From an uncultured Acidobacteriota bacterium (GTDB taxonomy: Bacteria; Acidobacteriota; UBA6911), in contig CAWEJX010000007.1 in the NCBI GenBank assembly GCA_963809485.1, positions 480,001 to 544,000 on the forward strand: a stretch of 64,000 nt of DNA, read 5' to 3'. Positions 38,784 through 48,066 of this stretch are shown piece after piece; position 1 is the stretch's first letter, and each line of letters begins with the position of its first letter. Position numbers and translations under genes: made by a program. The notes under the pieces are model-generated. The model saw only the letters and a program-made list of their open reading frames with translations. It did not search any database and was not told the DNA's origin.

Positions 38784-40604
38784 ATGAGAGAGTGTCCGCA
38801 GTGCCATAATGCTTATCCCGAGCCGTTCCACTATTGCCCCGCAGACGGTTCCGAGCTGGGCGAAAACAAGGAGGAGCCGGGACTCAAGGTCTCGCCGCGC
38901 GAGCCCGCCACCATAAGGGTTCGAACTCTCATGCTGGCATTCGGGGTCCTCGTGCTTTCCTTCCTCGTGGCCCTTGGCATTGCCTTTTTCTACCAGGATT
39001 TGAAGCCCAAATATGGGACTCTGACCATAAAAACCACACCGCCCGGGGCGATGATCTGGGTGGATGGGAAGCAAAGGGGCGTTTCCCCCATAACGATCCA
39101 GGATTTGCGCAGCGGCCGGCATTCCCTGAAGGGGGCTAAAGAGGGATACAAGGAAAGGATCCAGGAGATTCCCGTTCAGCCCTATGAATCCCAAAGCGTG
39201 CACTGGGATCTGGAGCCGATTGTTCCGCAGCTAAGCAACGAACAACTGGCTGAAGTCGAGTTTCTGAAAAAGAAGCTGGAGAGCGCACAGAAAGAGAACA
39301 TACTTTTTCCGCCTCCCGAAGACTACAACGTCCTTTTTTTCGCCAACAAAATCCTCTCCATCGATCCCAAAAACAGTTCTGCGCTCGAGGCCAAAGAAAA
39401 AATGGCGGCGATGATTCGCCGGGATGCGGAATCCGCCTATGCCCGCGAGGACTGGCTGGAGTCGGAAAAACAATACAAAAACCTTGCTCTGCTCTTGCCG
39501 GACGACATCTCGATCGGGGAACGCCTCACAGATGTTGCCGCAAAGCTCGACGCAAGCGTAAAGGACCGCGAGCAGCAGATTCAGGACTGGACGGCGAAAG
39601 CGGATGCCGCGCTGAAAGTGGGAAGCCTGCTCCCGCCGGACAAGGATAATGCCTACGACGCCATACGGAGCATCCAGCGCCTGGACAGAAACAACAGCTA
39701 TGCCCGCGAGGCTACCGCTCATCTCAAGGAGCTGCTCCAGAACCGGGGAGACACCAAGATCGCCGCTTCCGAATGGCAGGGCGCCCGCAGCGATTTCAGG
39801 CTGATGCTGCAGTATTTTCCCGAGGACAATTACAGCAAAGCCCGTCTGGCCTTTGTCGAATCCAGGATCGCGGAAATTTCTCAGTTGGAGCAGCAGCGGG
39901 CAATCCGCACAGCCGAGGAGCAGCAGTCCAGGCAGAAAACCTCAGCCCTGCGCCAATCAGCGCTCAGCTCGTTTCGCGCCGGCCTTTATCAAAAGTCTAT
40001 TTCCGAGTGGCAGGAATACCTGAAGATCGAACCCAACAGCGACGAAGCTTATTTTTACCTGGGGGCAAGTTATCAGGATTTGAAACAGCTGGATACCGCC
40101 ATTCTGAATTTTGAAAAGTGCCTTTCCATAAACCCCAATAATGCCCTGGCTCATCTGAATCTGGGACTGCTCTACGATTATCATCGCGACAGCCTCAAGA
40201 AGGCGGAGGAGCATCTCAGAAAAGCGAAGGATCTCGGCGGGGCCGAGAAATACAGTCCCGACCGGCTTCAGGCCATGATCCAGGATCTGCAGGACCGGGC
40301 TCAGGCAATCTCCGTGGTAAAAAAGCCCTTCGCCGTCGAACACCGGCATGCCTTTTCCAGCTGCCGGGGGAGTCTCTATCTTGCGGACGAAGGCATCGAG
40401 TACAGAACGACGGAAACGGATCACAGCTTCTACGAACCCTACAAAGAACTGCGGAGCTTGTCTCTGGATGGCAACGAGCTCTCCATCCGGACACGGAATA
40501 ACAAGAGATACAACTTCCACCTGCTCAACGCGGGAGATGCAGCCCGAATCCGCGCATGGCACCTGTCTTCGCGACAGATCCAGATCAACGGACGGGCCGA
40601 GTAG
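38784..40604 (+). CDS. membrane protein: zinc ribbon - TM - PEGA - TPR repeats - C-terminal beta domain
   Basis: MRECPQC...CPADG; TM helix; GTLTIKTTPPGAMIWVDG..G.SP (PEGA); AYFYLG/AHLNLG TPRs. Confidence 0.85.
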   Translation: MRECPQCHNAYPEPFHYCPADGSELGENKEEPGLKVSPREPATIRVRTLMLAFGVLVLSFLVALGIAFFYQDLKPKYGTLTIKTTPPGAMIWVDGKQRGVSPITIQDLRSGRHSLKGAKEGYKERIQEIPVQPYESQSVHWDLEPIVPQLSNEQLAEVEFLKKKLESAQKENILFPPPEDYNVLFFANKILSIDPKNSSALEAKEKMAAMIRRDAESAYAREDWLESEKQYKNLALLLPDDISIGERLTDVAAKLDASVKDREQQIQDWTAKADAALKVGSLLPPDKDNAYDAIRSIQRLDRNNSYAREATAHLKELLQNRGDTKIAASEWQGARSDFRLMLQYFPEDNYSKARLAFVESRIAEISQLEQQRAIRTAEEQQSRQKTSALRQSALSSFRAGLYQKSISEWQEYLKIEPNSDEAYFYLGASYQDLKQLDTAILNFEKCLSINPNNALAHLNLGLLYDYHRDSLKKAEEHLRKAKDLGGAEKYSPDRLQAMIQDLQDRAQAISVVKKPFAVEHRHAFSSCRGSLYLADEGIEYRTTETDHSFYEPYKELRSLSLDGNELSIRTRNNKRYNFHLLNAGDAARIRAWHLSSRQIQINGRAE

Positions 40605-40751
40605 GACGCACATCTTCCAAGAGGTTTCCACAAACAGGGTTTTCGCCTGCATAGGCCGAGGGAATCAGCAACGGAACAGCGCCGCTACCTGTCATCAAAC
40701 GCAGGCATGCCGCCTGAGCCGCCGGGGCAGGAAAGCCGCGGGAAATGCGGG

Positions 40752-42527
40752 CTACAGCTTTGTGCGTCCCGTGCTTGAATGGGAATCCGGCGGATGCGCC
40801 GAATCCCGCTTCTCGGGGGCATGAGTCTTCTTGGAGCGCCTGAAGACTCCGACGATGCCGAAAAGCATAAATCCTATGATGGCCCCGACGGCCAGCGGGA
40901 CAGGGTGAAGGTACCCTCGCAGCTGACGGACTGCATTTGAGGAATTCACCGTGTGCTGCTGCTGCAACAGCCCGATCTCATCGGAATTCCTGTTGATCAG
41001 CCGGGCTGTGAGGACGAGTTCGGCGTCCTGAGTTCCCTGATTGCGTATGCTCCAGCGCCAGGAGGAGCGGTCGCGCTCCCCGATCTCGTGGACCGATTCG
41101 CCCTGTTCCGGCCTGACGAGCATGGTGGCGGAACCGGAGACCAGATCCACTCGCATTTTCAGCCGCTCTCCCAAGGTGCTCAGGATATGCCTTTCCTCGG
41201 GCGTAACGCGCACAAAGTCGATGGATTCGGCTGAGAAATTGACGATGCCGCTTTTATCGGCATTGTGATTCAGGTTGGCCGGGAAGCTCCAGTCCAAGGT
41301 GCCCAGCAGCGTGTTTTTTAAATAAACCTGGGATTTGCCCCGGCGGACCCCTCCCTCCGTCTTTTCCTCCACCACGCGTGTGCGGAGCGACCGGACGGAC
41401 TGGGCGTAATCATCAAGCTTCTCCTTGGCTTTTTTGAGATCGAGGTACTGTTTGGCGAGCGAGTCCTCCTTGGATGTCAGGGTGCTGATTGTGCTCTGCA
41501 TCTGGCGATTGCTCGATTTTATCTCTTCGTTGTCGCTCACAAGGCGCGCATTGGCAGCCCGCTGGGCGTTGAGGTCCGTTTGCAGCGCGCCTGCCTGAGC
41601 TTCCAGGCCCTCGTTGTCCTTTTGCAGTTTCCTCATGGCCTGGCCCAGCTCCGCAATCTGCATCGTGAGGTCGCGGCCCGCGTCCACTTTGAGATTCAGC
41701 GAACGCTGGAGATTCGCCAACTCCCTCTGGTAGCCCCGCGCGGTTCCCCTGGCGTCGCGGAGCTCATCCCCCAGTTTGGTGACCTGGGATTCCGAGCTGT
41801 CGATCTTCTCCTGCAGCGCCGCATGAGAGCTCTTCAGGCGGGAATACTCCGATTGAAGGCTTTTTAGTTCGGCGTCCCGCTTGCGGTTCTCGGATTGAGA
41901 CTGGCTAAGCTGTGCGGAAATGTCCTGCAGCCTGTTCTTGAGGGTATCAATTTCACGCTGCGCTTCCTGAAACGCGGGCACATTGGGCGCGATATTCTTG
42001 AGGACGGATTCACGGCTGATGGATGCGGAAACGGCGATCTCGCGCACGGACCGCTCAAACTGCTCCTTGACAAAATCCTGCTTTGCGTCCTCGATATCCG
42101 TGTACTTCAGGCCTTCGGTAAAGGTGGACTGGAGCGACCTGTCAAAGATGTCCCGGTTTGGAAACGACTCCTGCAGATCGGCGTCGAACCTGAATCCGAT
42201 CTCGACGAAGCCCGAAGCGGCAATCGCGCCCAGCCTGAACTTGACCTCATTGCTTCCGAAATCCACGAGAAGAATCCGGAGCTGGTCTCCGACTTTAAAG
42301 CGAGGTTCCCCGCTGCCCGGCTCCACCCGATAGGTCTGCCCGCTAATGGTGACGACCTGTTTCAGACCGTAGACCGGGATTTTCAGAAAAATGGCCTTAT
42401 TTTCATAATCCCGCTTGTATTGTTCCTGGATGGAGCGTGAGACGCCGGCGAAACTGCCCGCTATGCCTGCAAGCATGAACAGCATCAGACAGGAAATCCT
42501 AAAAGGGTATTTCTGGCTGGATTGCAT
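40752..42527 (-). CDS. exported coiled-coil protein with C-terminal membrane anchor
   Basis: Signal-like N-terminus, about 190 aa heptad-rich segment, C-terminal LAVGAIIGFMLFGIVGVF followed by RRSKK. Confidence 0.8.
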   Translation of the reverse strand: MQSSQKYPFRISCLMLFMLAGIAGSFAGVSRSIQEQYKRDYENKAIFLKIPVYGLKQVVTISGQTYRVEPGSGEPRFKVGDQLRILLVDFGSNEVKFRLGAIAASGFVEIGFRFDADLQESFPNRDIFDRSLQSTFTEGLKYTDIEDAKQDFVKEQFERSVREIAVSASISRESVLKNIAPNVPAFQEAQREIDTLKNRLQDISAQLSQSQSENRKRDAELKSLQSEYSRLKSSHAALQEKIDSSESQVTKLGDELRDARGTARGYQRELANLQRSLNLKVDAGRDLTMQIAELGQAMRKLQKDNEGLEAQAGALQTDLNAQRAANARLVSDNEEIKSSNRQMQSTISTLTSKEDSLAKQYLDLKKAKEKLDDYAQSVRSLRTRVVEEKTEGGVRRGKSQVYLKNTLLGTLDWSFPANLNHNADKSGIVNFSAESIDFVRVTPEERHILSTLGERLKMRVDLVSGSATMLVRPEQGESVHEIGERDRSSWRWSIRNQGTQDAELVLTARLINRNSDEIGLLQQQHTVNSSNAVRQLRGYLHPVPLAVGAIIGFMLFGIVGVFRRSKKTHAPEKRDSAHPPDSHSSTGRTKL

Positions 42528-42861
42528 GGCTATCCTCGATCTATCAAGATCCCGATTGTGCAATACCGTTGTGCAATGCTCACAACAGGAAAATCCATGA
42601 TAACACAGAGCTACAGCTTTGAGACTCGGAGCCTTTGAGGTTCGCCCGCTTATCCGCCACGGCTCCGGGGCATGAGGAATTTTCCCGCTTCGGCACCGAA
42701 TGCGGCTCTCCATGGATTTTTTTATGTTAATAGTTACGATCCAGGATGCAGAAGAGTATCATGGCGCTTATCCCTTGAAGATTTCCGGGATCGTGCTTCC
42801 CTGCTCTCCGGATTTCGTCTGTGAAGGGTGATGAACCGAGCCTGTGAATAGGAGCCTTTAA

Positions 42862-43590
42862 TTGCGTATCGAATACGGCATTCGGAGTGATCAGGGGAGA
42901 GTCCGGGCTTCCAACGAGGATGCGTGTGTCGCCAGCATCGGCAGCAGAGTTTTTCTTGTGGCCGACGGCATGGGCGGTCACGCTGCCGGGGAAATTGCCA
43001 GCCAGATTGCAGCATCGACGGTCGAGGAAATTATCGCAGGCAGCACCCTCGACCCCGATATGGAAAGCCTGCTGCAACGGTCGGCAAGGGCAGCGAATGC
43101 CCGTGTCTATGAAACCCAGAAACTCCGGCCCGATTACAGGGGGATGGGAAGCACCCTCACCGTGCTGGCGATCCGGGACGACCATTTCTATGTCGCGCAG
43201 GTGGGGGATTCCAGGGCGTACCTTTTGCGGGACGGAGTCCTGGATCAAATTACGCGCGACCATTCCCTGGTTTGGCCGTTGTATGAAAGCGGCGTAATTT
43301 CAAAAGATGATATTTCCCGGCATCCTCAAAAGAATCTCATTACAAGGTCCATCGGGACGCACGCCGAAGTGGAGGCCGACCTGCACAGCGGCGCTGCGCT
43401 CGCGGGCGATGTTTTTCTACTGTGCTCGGATGGTCTGACGGACGTGCTGTCCGAGCGGGAAATCCTGCAAATCCTGTCGCTCGAGGGCCGTAACCCCCAG
43501 GATTTGTGCGATGCTCTGGTTCAAGCGGCAAACGCAGGCGGCGGCCCGGATAATGTGACAACCATTGTCGTGCGCCTTCTGCCAGATTAA
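42862..43590 (+). CDS. PP2C-family Ser/Thr phosphatase (Stp1/PrpC type)
   Basis: RASNED, VADGMGGH..GE.AS, GMGST, VGDSRAY, LLCSDGL, GGPDNVT; TTG start. Confidence 0.95.
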   Translation: MRIEYGIRSDQGRVRASNEDACVASIGSRVFLVADGMGGHAAGEIASQIAASTVEEIIAGSTLDPDMESLLQRSARAANARVYETQKLRPDYRGMGSTLTVLAIRDDHFYVAQVGDSRAYLLRDGVLDQITRDHSLVWPLYESGVISKDDISRHPQKNLITRSIGTHAEVEADLHSGAALAGDVFLLCSDGLTDVLSEREILQILSLEGRNPQDLCDALVQAANAGGGPDNVTTIVVRLLPD

Positions 43591-43704
43591 CCATAACATA
43601 ACGCTGATTTACGCCGAACGGACGCCGACGCACGCTGAAATAATATATGTATTCAGCGTGCCGCGCCGTTTTTCATACGCCGCAGCAATCCTTCAAAAAT
43701 CGCC

Positions 43705-43815
43705 GGCGGATAATTTTCCACAGGCGGGCCCAATTCTGTGAATTATTGGGTTAAGCCTATTGTTTGCAAAGATAAGAGCAAACTGCCACTCTGCATTATC
43801 CACAGGTTTTCCACA
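43705..43815. promoter_or_regulatory. DnaA-box cluster
   Basis: TTATCCACA 43796-43804, TTTTCCACA 43714-43722 and 43807-43815, near-matches TGTGAATTA 43737-43745 and GGCGGATAA 43705-43713. Confidence 0.6.
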
Positions 43816-43898
43816 GTTGGTCCCCATTAGCGCGTGGCATCGAAGCTGCTGCGTGGCGGCTATTGGAGAACAGCTCTCCGCGGCCGCATACACAACGG

Positions 43899-44213
43899 CT
43901 AACCGGTTTTTTGAGTTATACTTACGCGATGATGAAAATCGCTGAGGGAGAGGCCTCGGATTTGCAGAACCTTTTCTCTCGATTTGGAGCCCGAGAGGAT
44001 CTGCAGATTGGCTCTGGAAATGCCAAGCAATCCGGAAAAGAATTCGATGATGCCACGGTTTGCGGCATCATCCACCGGTGGAGCGGTTACTCTGACCTTG
44101 AGGGCTCCATTGAATGTGCCCGCTATTTCACAGCGTTTGGCGCGCGGAAGAACGTGGAGTCGAACCTCCAGCCCGGAGCCGGTTTCCCGGATCTGCAAGG
44201 CAGCATCATGCAT
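43899..44213 (-). CDS. yggU: DUF167 (YggU) family protein
   Basis: V.PRAKR...ALKVRVTAPPVDDAAN...GSKSREK. Confidence 0.92.
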   Translation of the reverse strand: MHDAALQIRETGSGLEVRLHVLPRAKRCEIAGTFNGALKVRVTAPPVDDAANRGIIEFFSGLLGISRANLQILSGSKSREKVLQIRGLSLSDFHHRVSITQKTG

Positions 44214-44907
44214 ATTGACGAGCTCCGAAGATTGCTGTCCCCACCCTGACGATGGTTGCCCCTTCCGTTATGGCTGCCTCGAAGTCATGACTCATTCCCA
44301 TGGAGAGATGCCGCCGCCCGAGGCAGCCCGGCTGCTCCGACTCCAGGGACTCGCTGATTTGCCGCAGCCGGGCAAAATAAGGACGGGCTTTGTCCGGATC
44401 ATCAAAAAAGGGCGGAATGGCCATAAGCCCGTCAAGGCGCAGATGCTTGAGATTCGATACAGCCTCGGCCACGTCTCTAATTTGATGGATTGGAGCGCCG
44501 AACTTGGTATCTTCTCCTCCCAGATCAACCTGGATCAGGACGGAAAGCACCTGGCCTGATTCCATGCAGGCCTGATCAAGCCTTTCAGCCAGCCTGGGGC
44601 TGTCGACCGAATGAATCAGATGGAATAAACCGGCGGCGCGTCGTGTTTTGTTGGATTGAAGGTGCCCGACCAGATGCCACTCCAGTTCCGGGCCGGCGCG
44701 AAAGTGAAGGATCTTGCCTTCCGCTTCCTGTACGCGGTTTTCGCCGAAGCGGCGAATGCCCGCGGCTATCGCCTGGGAGATGGACTCCTCGGGAACAGTT
44801 TTGGTGATGGCCAGGAGCGTAATCTCCGCCTCTGAACGGCCGCAGCCGGTTGCGGCTTTCGCAATTCTCTCTCTGACCGAATGTATGTTTTTTCCTATAT
44901 TGCTCAA
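44206..44907 (-). CDS. yggS: PLP homeostasis protein YggS
   Basis: LLAITK, FGENRVQE, WHLVGHLQSNK, GLMAIPP, LSMGMSHD, VRVGTAIFG. Confidence 0.96.
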   Translation of the reverse strand: MSNIGKNIHSVRERIAKAATGCGRSEAEITLLAITKTVPEESISQAIAAGIRRFGENRVQEAEGKILHFRAGPELEWHLVGHLQSNKTRRAAGLFHLIHSVDSPRLAERLDQACMESGQVLSVLIQVDLGGEDTKFGAPIHQIRDVAEAVSNLKHLRLDGLMAIPPFFDDPDKARPYFARLRQISESLESEQPGCLGRRHLSMGMSHDFEAAITEGATIVRVGTAIFGARQYA

Positions 44908-45108
44908 GGGAACCACCCGTCTGGTTTTTCCGCCGCCAGGCCGGCTGCGAGCGCCCCCGGCCTGATTTCGCGGCAATGCCCGGCTTTTTCCGCGTTGAGT
45001 TGCGGATCATGCTTTGATACTCTGAAACCTGCCCGGGAGCAAGCGGCTCATGCGCGCCGATCTCAGGGCAATTCTAAAGGTCTTCGTCGAAACTGGCAAG
45101 GATCCAGC

Positions 45109-45747
45109 GTGTTTATAACGTTTGAGGGGATTGAGGGTTCGGGCAAAAGCCTGCAGCTGGCCCGCTGCCTGATCTATCTCGAGCAAAACGGCGTGGACTG
45201 CCTGGGGACGCGGGAGCCTGGCGGAACCGATTTCGGTCTTGCCCTGCGCAAAGTGCTTCTGGGGACGGACGGCTGCCGCAGGGAATCCCTTTGCGAGCTT
45301 TTGCTTTATCTTGCGGACAGATACCAGCATCTGAAGGAAGTCATCGAACCGGCCCTGCGGCGCGGCCAGTGGGTTCTCTCGGACCGGTATCAGGACGCGA
45401 CCCGTGCATACCAGGGAGCTGCCCGCGGCATTCCGGACAGCGAGATCGAAAAACTGAGCCGGATGCTGGGAATCATTGAGCCCGACAGGACAATCCTTCT
45501 GGATCTGGATCCTGAAGAAGGCCTTTCACGAGCCAGGCTGCGCAACACCGAATCCCCATCCGCAGCCGCAGAGGGGAGGTTTGAAGCGGAAGATATTTCA
45601 TTCCACCGGAGAGTCAGGGCGGCATATCTGGATCTTGCTCGCCGGTTTCCTCAGAGAATCCATGTGGTCCCGGCTTCGGGATCACCGGACGAAGTTTTCT
45701 CCAGGATTGCGCGCCTCCTTGACGGATGGATTCCCCCGGGTCGCTGA
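45109..45747 (+). CDS. tmk: thymidylate kinase
   Basis: FITFEGIEGSGKS, TREPGGT, DRY...AYQG; GTG start. Confidence 0.95.
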   Translation: MFITFEGIEGSGKSLQLARCLIYLEQNGVDCLGTREPGGTDFGLALRKVLLGTDGCRRESLCELLLYLADRYQHLKEVIEPALRRGQWVLSDRYQDATRAYQGAARGIPDSEIEKLSRMLGIIEPDRTILLDLDPEEGLSRARLRNTESPSAAAEGRFEAEDISFHRRVRAAYLDLARRFPQRIHVVPASGSPDEVFSRIARLLDGWIPPGR

Positions 45748-45751
45748 TCCT

Positions 45752-46834
45752 ATGAAAACGCCCTTAAATCTGAACACATTTATCGGCAATGCCCGCGCAG
45801 TGGAAATATTGAAGCGCGCCATTCAGCGGGACCGTCTGCCGCATGCGATGATTTTCGCCGGCCCTGCAGGCATCGGCAAATGCACCCTCGCGCTCCTTGT
45901 CGCCCAATCCATCAATTGCCTCTCCCCTGTCCAAAGCATGGCCTGCGGCGATTGTTCCGCCTGCCGGAGAATTATGGCCGTAATCGAAAGCCGGCATCTC
46001 GAGTGCCTTTCCCTGAAGGGCGAAGGACATTGCGGCACCTGTGAAAACTGCAAAACCATGACCCGCCGGCACCCGGATATCTGGCTGGTCGAGCCGGAAA
46101 AGACCGTCATTAGCATTGATCAGGTCCGGGACCTCATCAATGAAATTGCCTTCCAGCCCCTGGAAGCACGCTATCGCGTGGTGATCCTGGACCCGGCGGA
46201 GCAGATGAAGATCGAGGCGCACAACAGTCTGCTCAAAACCCTCGAGGAGCCTCCCAGCCGCACCGTCATTATCCTGGTCACCACCAATCCCTTCATGCTG
46301 CTGCAAACTATCCGTTCCCGGTCGCGACTGCTGCAATTTGGGGCGATACCCCAGGAGCAGATCGAAAAGCACCTCGTTGTGAATGAGGGAAGAAAGCCGG
46401 AAGAAGCGCGGATTGCCGCCACGCTCAGCGGAGGAGGCCTGGCGACCGCCTTGAGCTTCGACACGAAGGAGTACCACGAGGTTCGCAGGCAGGCGCTGCA
46501 GTTCGTGGGCCTGGTTTTGACACGGGGGAAGTTTGCCGACATAAGCGCCCTGGTCGCCCGAGCAACGAAAGACAAGCAGCTTTTTCAGCCCTGGCTCGAG
46601 TGCGTAATGACAATGCTGCAGGATGTCTACTATGCCGGGATTGCGGCGGAGCGTGTCGGTCAGCGTGACCTGCTTGAAGAGCTTGTCCGACTGGCTCGAA
46701 CCGTTCCAAGACCATTGCTGGTTTCATTCATTGAAGCGATCGGCAAGTTCAAAAACGACCTCAAACTGAACGTGAACCGCCAGGTCGCTCTCGAGGCCAT
46801 GTTTCTGTCGCTGACCCAGCCCAGGCAAGGCTAA
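45752..46834 (+). CDS. holB: DNA polymerase III delta-prime subunit
   Basis: HAMIFAGPAGIGK, HPD, NSLLKTLEEPP, TIRSR; follows tmk. Confidence 0.93.
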   Translation: MKTPLNLNTFIGNARAVEILKRAIQRDRLPHAMIFAGPAGIGKCTLALLVAQSINCLSPVQSMACGDCSACRRIMAVIESRHLECLSLKGEGHCGTCENCKTMTRRHPDIWLVEPEKTVISIDQVRDLINEIAFQPLEARYRVVILDPAEQMKIEAHNSLLKTLEEPPSRTVIILVTTNPFMLLQTIRSRSRLLQFGAIPQEQIEKHLVVNEGRKPEEARIAATLSGGGLATALSFDTKEYHEVRRQALQFVGLVLTRGKFADISALVARATKDKQLFQPWLECVMTMLQDVYYAGIAAERVGQRDLLEELVRLARTVPRPLLVSFIEAIGKFKNDLKLNVNRQVALEAMFLSLTQPRQG

Positions 46835-47044
46835 GCCCCATCGGAAGTAACAGCTTTTGAGTCCCTCAAAATATAGAGAGGCTTCGTTCCCTTCCACACC
46901 CTGGATTGGCTTGTCGGAAGCTGGAAGGCAAACCATAACCGGGAAAGATACGCTCAAATAGGAACTCTTCCGGAAAATTCCGCGAGAAGTTCAGGTTCGC
47001 CGGCAATCAGGCTGCTTCCTGGAAGGCTGGAGGAGAAATGCAGG

Positions 47045-47521
47045 CTAGGGCTTCTTTTCGAGTTTGGCGAGCTTGTTGCGAAAGTCGGAGATTTTTGGCG
47101 ACTCCGGATTCTTTTCGATTAATTCCTTATAGGCGGCGATCGCTTTGGTGACCTCGCCGCTTTTTTCATAAGCCCGTGCGAGCGCTTCGTAAGCGGTGAT
47201 GGAATTCGGCTGGTATTCCAGCGCATCGAGGTATCGCTGAATGGCCGCGCTGTAATTCTTCTTTTTCAGGTAGAAATTGCCGATATTAATATTTTGCTCG
47301 GCCAGTAGGGGATTGGGTTCCTTGGGCGTTTGAACATCAGCGGCGTCCGCAGTCTCTTCGGATGCTTCCGTGTCCCGAATCAGCTCGGGTCTTCTGGAAT
47401 TTTCCGTTTGGGCAAAAACGGAGATGCCGGACCAAAAAAGCAGCAGCAGCGTACTTTTTAAAAAAATCTGAACCCTTTGTACGGTAGGCTTATCAAAAGC
47501 CTTTGTTGTTTTTAAGCCCAT
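47045..47521 (-). CDS. exported TPR protein
   Basis: Signal-like segment, IGNFYLKKKNYSAA..RY..ALE TPR pair; start uncertain. Confidence 0.8.
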   Translation of the reverse strand: MGLKTTKAFDKPTVQRVQIFLKSTLLLLFWSGISVFAQTENSRRPELIRDTEASEETADAADVQTPKEPNPLLAEQNINIGNFYLKKKNYSAAIQRYLDALEYQPNSITAYEALARAYEKSGEVTKAIAAYKELIEKNPESPKISDFRNKLAKLEKKP

Positions 47522-47551
47522 TTATACCAAATTTAGCCGATCAGAATTCAC

Positions 47552-47580
47552 TTGTCAAAGGCGGATCCAGAGGCTATAAT
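47552..47580 (+). promoter_or_regulatory. sigma70 promoter TTGTCA-N17-TATAAT upstream of the Hfq-like gene
   Basis: Near-consensus -35, perfect -10, 17-bp spacer. Confidence 0.75.
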
Positions 47581-47688
47581 TGATTTTAGGCCGGCAATTC
47601 TACATCACGCTAGAGTTAAATTCATCATCAATGTGTTAATTGCCAATATTCAAATTGATTCAGTCTCACCTCACCTGGAGGGTTTTTA

Positions 47689-48024
47689 ATGGTGAACCGC
47701 AAACTGATCCGTCCGAGCCTGTCAGAGATCAAGGATCAAATGCCCCGCTACGGAACTATCCCCAGGAAACGAGTTCCTCCTGAGGTAACGAACGCTGAAA
47801 ATTATTATTATATCAAGCAGATGGCCGCGAAAACCCCGATGATCGTCAAGCTCACGGACGGGGAAGAAATTCGAGGAGTCATTGAGTGGTATGATAAGAA
47901 CTGCATCAAAGTCCATCGAAGCGACGGACCCAACCTCCTCATTCTTAAACATGTGATTAAATACATGTATAAACAGAATGAGGACCAGGAACCCGATGAG
48001 GTAGACCTGGACCAGGTGGAATAG
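47689..48024 (+). CDS. Hfq-like Sm-fold RNA chaperone
   Basis: [21 protein letters not shown]...LLILKHVI (Sm1/Sm2-like); GGAGG RBS. Confidence 0.75.
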   Translation: MVNRKLIRPSLSEIKDQMPRYGTIPRKRVPPEVTNAENYYYIKQMAAKTPMIVKLTDGEEIRGVIEWYDKNCIKVHRSDGPNLLILKHVIKYMYKQNEDQEPDEVDLDQVE

Positions 48025-48066
48025 ATCGTTTCCAGGGCAGGCTGGGAAGGCAAAGGCCGCGTCCGA

